This document shows positions 21,079 through 30,481 of a DNA stretch of 64,000 bases, piece after piece (within the stretch, counting starts at the first letter, position 1; each line of letters begins with the position of its first letter). The notes below the pieces were generated by a model. The model ran no database searches. It saw only the letters and a list, made by a program, of their open reading frames with translations, and was not told the DNA's origin. Location of the stretch: NCBI GenBank assembly GCA_902632555.1, contig CACPCZ010000005.1:5538-69537 (forward strand). Reading direction: 5' to 3'. The stretch comes from an uncultured SAR86 cluster bacterium (GTDB lineage Bacteria > Pseudomonadota > Gammaproteobacteria > Magnimaribacterales > D2472). Both the position numbers and the translations under genes were made by a program.

Positions 21079-22305
21079 ATGAAATTTTTTGGTTGGAGAA
21101 TGGTATTTGTGGGTCTTACCCTTGAATTTACTGTTGTAGGTTTCCTTTTTTATAGCTTTCCTATCATTTGGCCTTACCTAATATCAGAACTAGGGATGAC
21201 TGAGAGTCAGCTTGGAATGGTTTCTGCACTTTATTTCATTCCAGTATCAATCTTGGCAATTATTATAGGCCGAGCTCTTGATAAGTATTCTGTTAAAAAA
21301 TTTATGATGGTAGGTGCTATATTCTATGCCTGCGGACTTTTCTCTTTAAGTTTCATAAATTCTTATTGGTCGCTCCTGACAATTTATCTCACTATTCTTG
21401 CTTTGGGATCAATTATGATGGGAAATTTAGCTGTGTCTAAATTAATCTCAAATTGGTTTGATAAAAATGCTGGTAGAGCTTTAGGTATCGCAGCAATAGG
21501 TATTTCTTTTTCCGGGGTTATGCTTCCTTTGATTGTTGATCCTATGCTTGACTTAGTTGGTTGGAGAAATGTTTATATAATCTTTGCTTCAATAGTTCTT
21601 TTCATTATTTTCCCTCTTATATTTTTCACTGTGATTGATGAGCCAAACATTGTAAATCAAGTTAAAGATGGCATAAAAAAAGATAGTAAAGAAGTCTCTT
21701 TAGCCAAGGAGATGACCGCAAAAGATCTTTTATCTAAAAAAGTTTTTTGGATAATTTCTTTAGCATTTGCTTTTCAATTTCTATCCATGATGGGCGTACT
21801 CGCATTTTTACCCATTCATGCAAGCAAAATGGGACTCGGTGAAACTTGGAATCTCTTAGGACTACCAATCAAACAATACGTTTTCGCATACTCTTTAGCT
21901 GCTTTTGGAGGAGTCTTAGGAAAAATAATCTTTGGGTATCTTATGGATATTATGAAAGCTGCACATCCTGTGATGATTGCAATGTTCCTTCAAGCAACTG
22001 GGATCTTTGGAATTACATATTTTAATGAACCAAGTATATTTTTTTTAAGTGCATTTATATTTGGTTTAGGTTTTGGTGCTGCAACGCCTCTTATGACTGC
22101 ATGCTATCTTAGAACATTCGGAGCGCATAATCTTGGTAAAGCTAGAGGAATATCATCTCCAATTATTTCCCCGCTGCAACCAATTGGAATTTTGATAACA
22201 AGTATTTTAATAGGTTTTCAAGATACTTATTTCGTAGCTTTTAATATTATGGGATGTTTTGCTCTGGTTGGAGCAGCTTTGGCTAGCCAAATTCAAGAGG
22301 CTTAA
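21079..22305 (+). CDS. MFS transporter (OFA/MCT-like)
   Basis: About 12 hydrophobic segments, GRALDKYSVK motif A and WFDKNAGRALG. Confidence 0.85.
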   Translation: MKFFGWRMVFVGLTLEFTVVGFLFYSFPIIWPYLISELGMTESQLGMVSALYFIPVSILAIIIGRALDKYSVKKFMMVGAIFYACGLFSLSFINSYWSLLTIYLTILALGSIMMGNLAVSKLISNWFDKNAGRALGIAAIGISFSGVMLPLIVDPMLDLVGWRNVYIIFASIVLFIIFPLIFFTVIDEPNIVNQVKDGIKKDSKEVSLAKEMTAKDLLSKKVFWIISLAFAFQFLSMMGVLAFLPIHASKMGLGETWNLLGLPIKQYVFAYSLAAFGGVLGKIIFGYLMDIMKAAHPVMIAMFLQATGIFGITYFNEPSIFFLSAFIFGLGFGAATPLMTACYLRTFGAHNLGKARGISSPIISPLQPIGILITSILIGFQDTYFVAFNIMGCFALVGAALASQIQEA

Positions 22306-22439
22306 ACAACTTACACAAGGCGCCACGATTTTCTTAATGAGTCACCAACTATTTATTAATTAAAAATTGTATAATCATGATGAAAACTTTGAAAAAAGTT
22401 CATAATTTATGTCCGTGGCCATAAAACAATTAGTTAAAG

Positions 22440-23318
22440 ATGAATATCAATAAAATTACACTAATCTCTATTTTATTCCTAACGTGTTTTTCTCACAGCT
22501 CTCAAAAAGTTAACTTTGATAGCCCAGAAGGTTGGGCAATGGCATTTATGACTTCTTCAGCACAAAATCTTGGCCAGCGGCCACCACATTCTGAAGATAT
22601 TGGTGACTTATCAATTTCAGCAGAAATTAGTTCGATTCCACATCTTACTCGAGAGCAGCAAAGAGTTGGTTTTAGCGGATTTAAAGATGAGGATTTGAAT
22701 AAATCTCCTGTATTTGGAAAAATCAGAGCTAACATTGCTTTACCTTGGGATTTAAATGCAGAAATTTCTTGGACTCCACCTGTAAAAATTGATGATAGTA
22801 AACCAGAGGATCTCTGGGGTTTTGCGCTATCAAGGCCTATTTTGGATAGACAAAATATTTCTGTTGGACTTCGAATTTTTTTGCTCAGAGGTGGAGCTAT
22901 AGCTAGCGTTACTTGTTCAAAAGATATCATTAACTTTGATCCTTATTCATCTCAAAATCCGGTAGGATGCATAAGCAAATCAGACGATGAAATTCAGATG
23001 GATCATGAGGGTGCAGAGCTTTTCTTATCATTTAAAAATTCTTCAAATCTTAGTCCATGGATATCATTTGCTTCAAGCAATTTAGATAATTCTGTAAAAA
23101 TTAATGCACCGCTTGAATTAGGAAGGCAAATATTAAAGATTTCTTCGAGAAATGGAACAATTCAAACACTTACTTTAGGCCTTAGCTATAACTTAAACGA
23201 AAAATGGAATATGAATTTTGCTAGTTCATATACGCCTCATGACGTAAGAAGACCTAATGACATTTCAGGTAATGATAATTTTTGGAATTTCAGAGTTGGA
23301 GTAACATTTGATTGGTAA
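22440..23318 (+). CDS. Exported hypothetical protein, probable outer-membrane beta-barrel
   Basis: Signal peptide, amphipathic strands (LTLGLSYNLNEKWNMNFASSY) and C-terminal FRVGVTFDW resembling a BAM signal. Confidence 0.6.
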   Translation: MNINKITLISILFLTCFSHSSQKVNFDSPEGWAMAFMTSSAQNLGQRPPHSEDIGDLSISAEISSIPHLTREQQRVGFSGFKDEDLNKSPVFGKIRANIALPWDLNAEISWTPPVKIDDSKPEDLWGFALSRPILDRQNISVGLRIFLLRGGAIASVTCSKDIINFDPYSSQNPVGCISKSDDEIQMDHEGAELFLSFKNSSNLSPWISFASSNLDNSVKINAPLELGRQILKISSRNGTIQTLTLGLSYNLNEKWNMNFASSYTPHDVRRPNDISGNDNFWNFRVGVTFDW

Positions 23319-23386
23319 TAAGTGTTTATTTAACACATTCACTGATGTAATATAATTCGAAGTAAGCTTACATTTTTAGAATTATC

Positions 23387-23899
23387 ATGAAATATTTTCT
23401 CATAGCATTCATTGCAGCCTTAATAGTATCTTGTACTACTACTACTAGCATTGATACAAAAGAAGTAATTCCAGAACTTTTTGACTCCGAATTAAAGAAA
23501 GGAAAAATATTTGTTTATTCTAACCATCTTGATCCTCGAAATATTAATATTCGTGTAAATGATGAAGTTCGAAAAATGAAACACACAGATACTCAAATTT
23601 TTGATTTGCAACAAGGCCAAAATAGTGTTTTATCCTTTATGATCTTTGCAGGAAATGAGCAAGAAAATTGCGATGATCAAGCTTATACTTTTAATACGGA
23701 TATGTTTCCTGAGGTGGAAACTTATTATTTTGTAATTCAATCAGTTATTGATAAAAATACAATATTAAAAACTAGATGTTTCAAAGATTTTCAAGTAAAT
23801 GAAGATGTTTTTTTGAGACAAATAGAAAATCCTAGATCTCGCAATAATGAATTTATTCAAGATATGACTGAAGATTTCATAAGAGAGTTTATATTTTAG
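23387..23899 (+). CDS. Hypothetical lipoprotein (paralog 1)
   Basis: Lipobox LIVS-C. Shares motifs with the next ORF. Confidence 0.75.
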   Translation: MKYFLIAFIAALIVSCTTTTSIDTKEVIPELFDSELKKGKIFVYSNHLDPRNINIRVNDEVRKMKHTDTQIFDLQQGQNSVLSFMIFAGNEQENCDDQAYTFNTDMFPEVETYYFVIQSVIDKNTILKTRCFKDFQVNEDVFLRQIENPRSRNNEFIQDMTEDFIREFIF

Positions 23900-23901
23900 A
23901 A

Positions 23902-24426
23902 ATGATGAAATATATATATTCAACATTCAGCATATTCTTTTTGTTTTCATGCACAACATTAGAGTATGGACTTATGCTTGAAAGTGATATTGAAAAAGAA
24001 GGAAATGGGCAACAAATTCTTGATCAACTCAATGATCCTGAATTAAGGAAAGGAAAAATATTTGTATTTTCTAATACTCAAGATGGTCTATGGCAATTTG
24101 TAAGAGTAAATAACTCTGAAAGGTATATGGGAGATCAGGAAGTTCAAGTTTTTGATAAAGTTGATGGTGAAAATAATGTGTATGCTTTTGGAAGAATATT
24201 TGGTGATGAGGTTTTGAACTGCACCGGAGATGGATTTAAATTTAATACTGAAGATTTTCCTGATTATGAAACTCATTTTTTCATGATAGTAAAACCTGCA
24301 GGAAGAGAATTTGGTGGCAGGTATTTCGACTGCTATAAAGAAGTTCATTTTACAGAAGAAGGATTCTTTTACATAAAAGATAATCCAAGATCACGAATAA
24401 ACTTTGATTGGGTTCTAAATCGTTAA
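23902..24426 (+). CDS. Hypothetical lipoprotein (paralog 2)
   Basis: Lipobox FLFS-C. PELRKGKIFVFSN and NPRSR are shared with the preceding ORF. Confidence 0.75.
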   Translation: MMKYIYSTFSIFFLFSCTTLEYGLMLESDIEKEGNGQQILDQLNDPELRKGKIFVFSNTQDGLWQFVRVNNSERYMGDQEVQVFDKVDGENNVYAFGRIFGDEVLNCTGDGFKFNTEDFPDYETHFFMIVKPAGREFGGRYFDCYKEVHFTEEGFFYIKDNPRSRINFDWVLNR

Positions 24427-24449
24427 AACTACCCATATAATTAAACATC

Positions 24450-25757
24450 ATGCATTCATCGAGTAAAAATTATCGAAATTTTGTATTAGTACTTCTTACC
24501 ATAGTTTACGGATTCAATTTTATCGATAGGCAAATAATGGGCATTCTTGCTCCATTTATTCAAAAGGACTTAGGATTAACAAATACAGAATTAGGTCTAT
24601 TAATTGGACTTGCTTTCGCGGTTTTTTATACCTTTGTAGCCATTCCAATCGCATGGTTAGCCGATAGATACAATAGAGTCAACATTTTATCTATTGCTCT
24701 AGCCACATGGAGTGGTTTCACAGCTTTAACGGGATTAGCAAACAATTTTATTCAAATAGGTCTTGCGAGAATGGGAGTCGGTATAGGTGAGGCTGGAGGA
24801 AGTCCGCCATCTCACTCAATAATCTCTGATTTATTTCCAAAAGAAGAAAGAGCTAGTGCACTTGGAGTTTACTCAATGGGAATTCCTTTAGGTATTATGG
24901 CCGCATATTTTGTGACAGCGTCCTTGATGGGATCATCTGATGATGTTGATTGGAGAAGAATATTTATTGTTTTGGGCATAACAGGAATTGGTCTTGCTGT
25001 AATCGTAAAACTTGTTCTCAAAGAGCCAGTTAGAGGAGCAATGGAGCTAAAAAAAGATGCGGTTATCCAAAAACCTCCTTTTAAAGAATCGTTAAAAGTA
25101 TTAATAAAAATTCCAGCATGGTGGGCAATGTGTTTTGGAATAGCCTTTGGGTCATTCGTTTCATATTCAAAATCCGCATTTCAAACTAAATATTTAGTTA
25201 CTTTAGATCCAAGTTTTGATTTTCAAACTCTAGTTATCATTTTAGGTATTATGAACGGGACAACCTATGCAGCGGGTGCATTTTTTGGCGCTCGTTTAGC
25301 AGATAAGTGGGGGAAAAAAGATATTAGAGCCTATGGATGGCTTCCTGCAATATCAATTGCTTTGTGTTTGCCGGTTGGAATATTGACTTGGTGGGTACCC
25401 ACAATAGAAGTTCACCTAGTTTTTGCCACTTTATTTTTACTTTTAATAGGTATTTATCTTGGTCCAAGTTTTGCGATTGCACAAACATTAGCGCCGATAC
25501 ACATGAGGGCGATGTCAACAGCTTTATTTTTCTTTATTTTGAACATGATAGCTCTAGGCGGAGGCCCAACATTTGCAGGATGGATAATGGATATTTTCAA
25601 GGAAAGTTATTCTGATCTTGAATCAATAAGATTTTCTATGACAGTAACCTCTTTAGTTTTTATTCCTTCAGTTTTAAGTTTTTTACTTGTATCAAAGTTT
25701 TTACCAAGAGACTGGAAGATAGCTGAGCAAAGGAATTTAAATTTAGCAAAAGAATAA
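24450..25757 (+). CDS. MFS transporter (spinster-like)
   Basis: FNFIDRQI, AWLADRYNR, RMGVGIGEAG and SIISDLFP..RA motifs. Confidence 0.9.
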   Translation: MHSSSKNYRNFVLVLLTIVYGFNFIDRQIMGILAPFIQKDLGLTNTELGLLIGLAFAVFYTFVAIPIAWLADRYNRVNILSIALATWSGFTALTGLANNFIQIGLARMGVGIGEAGGSPPSHSIISDLFPKEERASALGVYSMGIPLGIMAAYFVTASLMGSSDDVDWRRIFIVLGITGIGLAVIVKLVLKEPVRGAMELKKDAVIQKPPFKESLKVLIKIPAWWAMCFGIAFGSFVSYSKSAFQTKYLVTLDPSFDFQTLVIILGIMNGTTYAAGAFFGARLADKWGKKDIRAYGWLPAISIALCLPVGILTWWVPTIEVHLVFATLFLLLIGIYLGPSFAIAQTLAPIHMRAMSTALFFFILNMIALGGGPTFAGWIMDIFKESYSDLESIRFSMTVTSLVFIPSVLSFLLVSKFLPRDWKIAEQRNLNLAKE

Positions 25758-25759
25758 CC

Positions 25760-26368
25760 ATGAAAAAGATTTGTATTATATTTGGTCATCACAATACTAA
25801 AGACTCTTTCAACGCCGCAATCAGGGATACTTTTATTGATGAGGCAACTAAAATAGGCCACCAAATAGATTTAATAAATTTATTTGATGAAGAAGAGCAA
25901 CTGCCTTTTTATAGAAGTGATATAAATCCACCTCCTGAACTCGTTTTAAAATATAGAAAACGACTAGAAAACGCTGATGTAATGTTTCTTATGAGCGCAT
26001 GTCATAACTTAAGAATGAATGGAATACTTGAAAACTGGATAGATTGGGTGCTTCATCCAAAATGGTTTTTCTCATATAGATCATTGTTACCAGATAGTAA
26101 ATTTTTTGGAAATTATGGATTTCCAGTAGCAGGCGCAATGAAAAATAAGATTGGGGTGGTGTCTATGACATACGGCGGACCGATGATTAGTTATTTCAAC
26201 TTTTCTTTATTTGATAATATTCCTTTTAGAAGGTTAAAAAAGTCTGTTTTTCAACTTGGTGGTCTAAAAACAAAATATCTAAGATTTTATTCTGTTTTAC
26301 CAAATATGGATCAGCAAACCTTTGAGAGAAATATGAAGAAGGTTAGAGCATTTGCTAGAAAGTTGTAA
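25760..26368 (+). CDS. Flavodoxin-like fold NAD(P)H-dependent oxidoreductase
   Basis: IIFGHHNTKDSFNAAI, ILENWIDWV and MTYGGP motifs of the flavodoxin_2 family. Confidence 0.8.
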   Translation: MKKICIIFGHHNTKDSFNAAIRDTFIDEATKIGHQIDLINLFDEEEQLPFYRSDINPPPELVLKYRKRLENADVMFLMSACHNLRMNGILENWIDWVLHPKWFFSYRSLLPDSKFFGNYGFPVAGAMKNKIGVVSMTYGGPMISYFNFSLFDNIPFRRLKKSVFQLGGLKTKYLRFYSVLPNMDQQTFERNMKKVRAFARKL

Positions 26369-26376
26369 TCATAAGC

Positions 26377-26772
26377 ATGTCTAGAGAACCAAGGGAAATT
26401 TTACAGGATATTAAGACAATTGCTTTAGTTGGAATAAGCAAAGATACAAAAAAAGACAGCTTTGTGATAATGAAGTTCCTAATTGAAAGAGGTTATACAG
26501 TTTTTCCAGTAAATCCAAAATATAAAGATGAACTTATCCTAGATAGAAAATGTTATGCGGGATTGAAGAATATCGATGAAAAGATTGATATGGTAGAAAT
26601 ATTTCGAAAAACAGAATTTGTTTACGAACATACAAAACAGGCAATAGATATTCAAGCTAAAGTTTTGTGGACTCAACTAAATATCTTTTGTAATGAATCA
26701 AAAAAACTAGCAAAAAGTGCTGGATTAGAAGTGGTTATGAACAGGTGTCCTAAGATAGAACTGCAACAGTGA
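26377..26772 (+). CDS. CoA-binding protein (YccU-like)
   Basis: TIALVGIS, VFPVNP, IDMVEIFR and VVMNRCPKIE motifs. Confidence 0.88.
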   Translation: MSREPREILQDIKTIALVGISKDTKKDSFVIMKFLIERGYTVFPVNPKYKDELILDRKCYAGLKNIDEKIDMVEIFRKTEFVYEHTKQAIDIQAKVLWTQLNIFCNESKKLAKSAGLEVVMNRCPKIELQQ

Positions 26773-26809
26773 TATTGGACATATAAAAAAATATAGATTT
26801 TAATTAATT

Positions 26810-27598
26810 ATGAAAAATATTCTAGAAATTGAAAATAATCATGAATCAATTACTCGCTTGGTAATGAATGATGAAAAAACAGGAAATTCATTATCCAATG
26901 AGATGATATCAAAAATGAAAGTAGCTATTGAGGAAATTGTGCGAGATCGCTCTACAAAGATTGTGATTATTGCTGCTAAAGGAAACATATTTTGTGCAGG
27001 CCACAACTTAAAGGAAATGACTGAGGCAAGGAGCAATAGCGATGAAGGAAAAAATTATTTCGAAAAATTATTTAACTCATGTTCTGAACTTATGCAATCT
27101 ATAGTCAATTGTCCTATGCCAGTCATTGCTGAAATTGATGGAATTGCAACAGCAGCAGGATGTCAGTTAGTAGCAAGTTGTGATTTGGCAATAGCATCTG
27201 AATCATCTTCTTTTGCAACTCCTGGTGTAAATTTAGGATTATTTTGTTCAACCCCAATGGTTGCTTTATCAAGAAATGTAAATAAAAAAGATGCCATGAA
27301 AATGCTATTAACAGGAGAAATGATCGATTCAAAAGAAGCAAAAAGAATATCCTTAATAAATGATTATTTTTCGGCCGAGACATTATCTGAAGAAGTGCTA
27401 GCTTTAGCAAAGAAGATTGCTAGTAAGTCTTCAGAGACTGTAAAAATTGGCAAGTCAGCGTTTTATAAGCAAGCAGAGCTAAGCTTATCCGAAGCTTATA
27501 AATATACATCTGAGGTGATGACAAAAAATATAATGAAAGATGATGCGAAAGAAGGAATTGAATCTTTTTTAGAAAAAAGAAATCCAAATTGGGATTAA
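26810..27598 (+). CDS. Enoyl-CoA hydratase family protein
   Basis: FCAGHNLKE, ATAAGCQLVASCDLA and PGVNLGLFCSTP motifs. Confidence 0.92.
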   Translation: MKNILEIENNHESITRLVMNDEKTGNSLSNEMISKMKVAIEEIVRDRSTKIVIIAAKGNIFCAGHNLKEMTEARSNSDEGKNYFEKLFNSCSELMQSIVNCPMPVIAEIDGIATAAGCQLVASCDLAIASESSSFATPGVNLGLFCSTPMVALSRNVNKKDAMKMLLTGEMIDSKEAKRISLINDYFSAETLSEEVLALAKKIASKSSETVKIGKSAFYKQAELSLSEAYKYTSEVMTKNIMKDDAKEGIESFLEKRNPNWD

Positions 27599-27604
27599 GG
27601 CGAT

Positions 27605-28147
27605 ATGGATGATAGATTAAATTTAAAGAGATTTATAAGAACCGTAAACGACTTCCCTATAGATGGAATTATTTTTCGTGACATAACAAGCCTTATTGAA
27701 ACTCCCGAGGCTTTTGTAAAAACTTGTGATGAACTTACAAGAATTACGAAGGACTTTGGAGCAGATTTAGTTGCAAGTATAGAGAGTAGAGGCTTTATTT
27801 TTGCAGGAACCATTGCTAGAGATCTTTCTTTGCCTTTTGTCCTTGCAAGAAAACCTGGCAAGCTTCCAAATAAAACATACAAAAAAAGTTTTGATTTAGA
27901 ATATGGCAGTACTTCTATTGAGATACAACAGAATACTCATGCTCAAGAAGGTCAAAAAATAGTAATTGTTGATGATTTAGTTGCAACTGGTGGTACTGCA
28001 ATTGCCTGCGCTGAATTATTTACAGAAAACTTTGGAATAGAGGAATCAGATATCTTAATCCTTACAGTGATAGATTTGACAGATTTAGGCGGCAGCAATT
28101 TGATTAAATCAAAAGGTTTTCAAATAGAAACCATTGTTGATTATTAA
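27605..28147 (+). CDS. apt: Adenine phosphoribosyltransferase
   Basis: DFPIDGIIFRDIT, ESRGF, RKPGKLP, LEYG and VDDLVATGGT motifs. Confidence 0.95.
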   Translation: MDDRLNLKRFIRTVNDFPIDGIIFRDITSLIETPEAFVKTCDELTRITKDFGADLVASIESRGFIFAGTIARDLSLPFVLARKPGKLPNKTYKKSFDLEYGSTSIEIQQNTHAQEGQKIVIVDDLVATGGTAIACAELFTENFGIEESDILILTVIDLTDLGGSNLIKSKGFQIETIVDY

Positions 28148-28896
28148 GTTTTTTTGGTAAGTTTTTGCCACACATGTATTGCTGGTTGTAGACCCAATAA
28201 TGGCCTTACTAGTTTATAAACTAATCCAGGAATAATTTCAGCTTTACCTTTAATTGAAGCTTTTTCAGTCTCTTTAACAACTTGCTCAGGATTTACCCAC
28301 ATCCACCACGGTACTTTTTTCATAAGATGACCCAAACCTGATCTTTCATGAGCATTAGTTCTTACATATCCAGGCAAACTCACAGTTACAGAGACATTTT
28401 TTTTCCGTAATTCAGTCGAAATAGATTTACCATATGCATAGATACCAGCTTTTATTGACGAGTAAAGTGAAGATTTAGGCATTGAGGCTGTTGCACCAAT
28501 ACTTGAAACAATAACGATTCTCCCAGAGCCTTTCTCAATCATTCTTGGAACAAAGCCCTCTATGAGATCAATAACACCGCCGCACATTAAATAATAATAG
28601 TACTCCTTATCTTCTCGGCTTAGTTCACCTATCGCTCCATTAATGGCAATACCTGCGTTTGCAACAATTAAATCTGGTACATCAATATTTTCTACGATAA
28701 ATTGTATTGACTCTTTTTTGCCTAGATCATAAGTATGAAATTTTGCATTTTCATAAGATAAATTTTCTTTAGATATAATTGATCTTTCTTCATTTTGAGA
28801 TATTAATTCTAGATCCCAACCTTGCAATGCTAAATATTTAGCGTATTGGTAACCTATACCTGTTGAAGATCCTGTAATTAATGCTTTAAGACTCAT
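28144..28896 (-). CDS. Short-chain dehydrogenase/reductase
   Basis: ITGSSTGIG, ANAG, YSSIK (YxxxK) and PGYVRT motifs. Start trimmed to MSLKALITG, which removes the overlap with nagZ. Confidence 0.88.
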   Translation of the reverse strand: MSLKALITGSSTGIGYQYAKYLALQGWDLELISQNEERSIISKENLSYENAKFHTYDLGKKESIQFIVENIDVPDLIVANAGIAINGAIGELSREDKEYYYYLMCGGVIDLIEGFVPRMIEKGSGRIVIVSSIGATASMPKSSLYSSIKAGIYAYGKSISTELRKKNVSVTVSLPGYVRTNAHERSGLGHLMKKVPWWMWVNPEQVVKETEKASIKGKAEIIPGLVYKLVRPLLGLQPAIHVWQKLTKKT

Positions 28897-28945
28897 AAAC
28901 AATCTTATAATAACCTCAATCATTTTTCTTTGATATGATTTAATA

Positions 28946-29956
28946 ATGAAAGATTTATTTGGCAGAATAATGATTGATGTTGCTGGTACATCAATCTCAA
29001 AAGAAGATAAGCACCTTATCGCAAATAAAAATATTGGCGGAATAATTTTTTTTTCTAGAAATTTTATTTCACTTGAACAAATCCAGAATTTAATAATTGA
29101 AATAAAATCTGTCAAAGAAAATATCTTATTTGCAGTGGATCAGGAGGGTGGAAGAGTTCAAAGATTTACGGGTGAATTTTCAAAATTACCTTCCCTGCAA
29201 GAAATATATAAATACTCAAAAGAAAATAATGATCCTGATTTTTGTAAAGAAATTGCATGGCTTACATCATCTGAATTAATCGCTGCTGGCATTGATGTAA
29301 ATTTTGCACCTGTTGTTGATCTGAATGAAGGTTCCTCAATGATAATCGGTGATAGATCATTTTCTTCAAACAGTGACGATGTGATTAAATTTGCAGAAAA
29401 TTATATTGAGGGTATGCATCAGGCAGGCATGAAAGCAACTGCAAAGCATTTTCCAGGACATGGCGGGGTAGCTGAGGATAGCCATATGGTATTACCTGAA
29501 GACAAAAGATCTCTAGAAGAATTGATGCTTTCAGATATCAAGCCATATTTAAAATTATCTGAAAAAATAGATGCTGTAATGTGTGCCCATGTTCTGTTTT
29601 CATCTATTGATATAAATATTCCAAGTTATTCAAATTTTTGGCTAAATAAATTTCTTAGAGAACAATTAAAATATAAAGGCATAGTTTTTAGTGATGATTT
29701 ATCAATGGTTGGAGCCGGAGATTATGAATGCAAATACAGAGCTCAAAAATCAATTGAAGCTGGTTGCGACATGATACTGATATGTAATAACAGAAAGGAT
29801 GTAATTGAAACGGTTAAACATTTTGATGAGTTGGGCATTGATCCTGTCAAAAAAATTTCTACTATGAAAACAAATAATCAGATTAATTGGGATGAGTTAA
29901 TTGAATCTGAAAAAGTAATAAGTATAAAAAATAAACTTAAACAAATATGGAGATAA
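28946..29956 (+). CDS. nagZ: Beta-N-acetylhexosaminidase (GH3)
   Basis: VDQEGGRVQR, KHFPGHGGVAEDSH and SDDLSM motifs. Confidence 0.93.
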   Translation: MKDLFGRIMIDVAGTSISKEDKHLIANKNIGGIIFFSRNFISLEQIQNLIIEIKSVKENILFAVDQEGGRVQRFTGEFSKLPSLQEIYKYSKENNDPDFCKEIAWLTSSELIAAGIDVNFAPVVDLNEGSSMIIGDRSFSSNSDDVIKFAENYIEGMHQAGMKATAKHFPGHGGVAEDSHMVLPEDKRSLEELMLSDIKPYLKLSEKIDAVMCAHVLFSSIDINIPSYSNFWLNKFLREQLKYKGIVFSDDLSMVGAGDYECKYRAQKSIEAGCDMILICNNRKDVIETVKHFDELGIDPVKKISTMKTNNQINWDELIESEKVISIKNKLKQIWR

Positions 29957-29957
29957 T

Positions 29958-30479
29958 ATGAGAAGAATTGTTACCGGGCATAATGAAAAAGGAAAATCAA
30001 TGATCACACTTGATGGACCGCCAGCAAGATCAATTGGAGAGGATGTTGGAGGCCTCTTTGAATTATGGAATACAGATGGAGAAGATATAAATTCTACTGA
30101 TAATCTAGATCGTGCAGACCAAGATATTATCCTATCTCCACCTAGTGGAGGTACAAAGTTTAGATATTTCCAAATAAATCCTATACCAGAGGGAATACCT
30201 GAGAATGTAATGCAAGATATGGCAGCTGAAGCTTTTGAGAAAATTGGTGCCGCTCATCACAGGATTGATACATCAAAGCATCCTGCAATGCATAAAACCG
30301 AAACAATTGATTATATTATTTTGTTGAAAGGTGATGTCACACTAATTTTGGATGAGGAGGAGATAGATCTTGAGCCATTCGATGTTGTGGTTCAAAGAGG
30401 TACAAATCACGCATGGGTAAATAATGGCACGGATCCAGCACTCCTGATAGCAGTTTTAGTTGATAGTAAGATTATTTGA
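29958..30479 (+). CDS. Cupin domain protein
   Basis: RRIVTGHN, MHKTETIDY and VVQRGTNHAW motifs. Confidence 0.88.
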   Translation: MRRIVTGHNEKGKSMITLDGPPARSIGEDVGGLFELWNTDGEDINSTDNLDRADQDIILSPPSGGTKFRYFQINPIPEGIPENVMQDMAAEAFEKIGAAHHRIDTSKHPAMHKTETIDYIILLKGDVTLILDEEEIDLEPFDVVVQRGTNHAWVNNGTDPALLIAVLVDSKII

Positions 30480-30481
30480 AA

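Noticed and set aside
21055-21080. Prophage or ICE integrated at the guaA 3' end
   Set aside because: No integrase, no phage genes and no duplicated guaA end were seen in the window.
28897-29115. N-terminal extension of the SDR ORF
   Set aside because: It overlaps nagZ on the opposite strand. The Rossmann motif begins right after ATG 28896.
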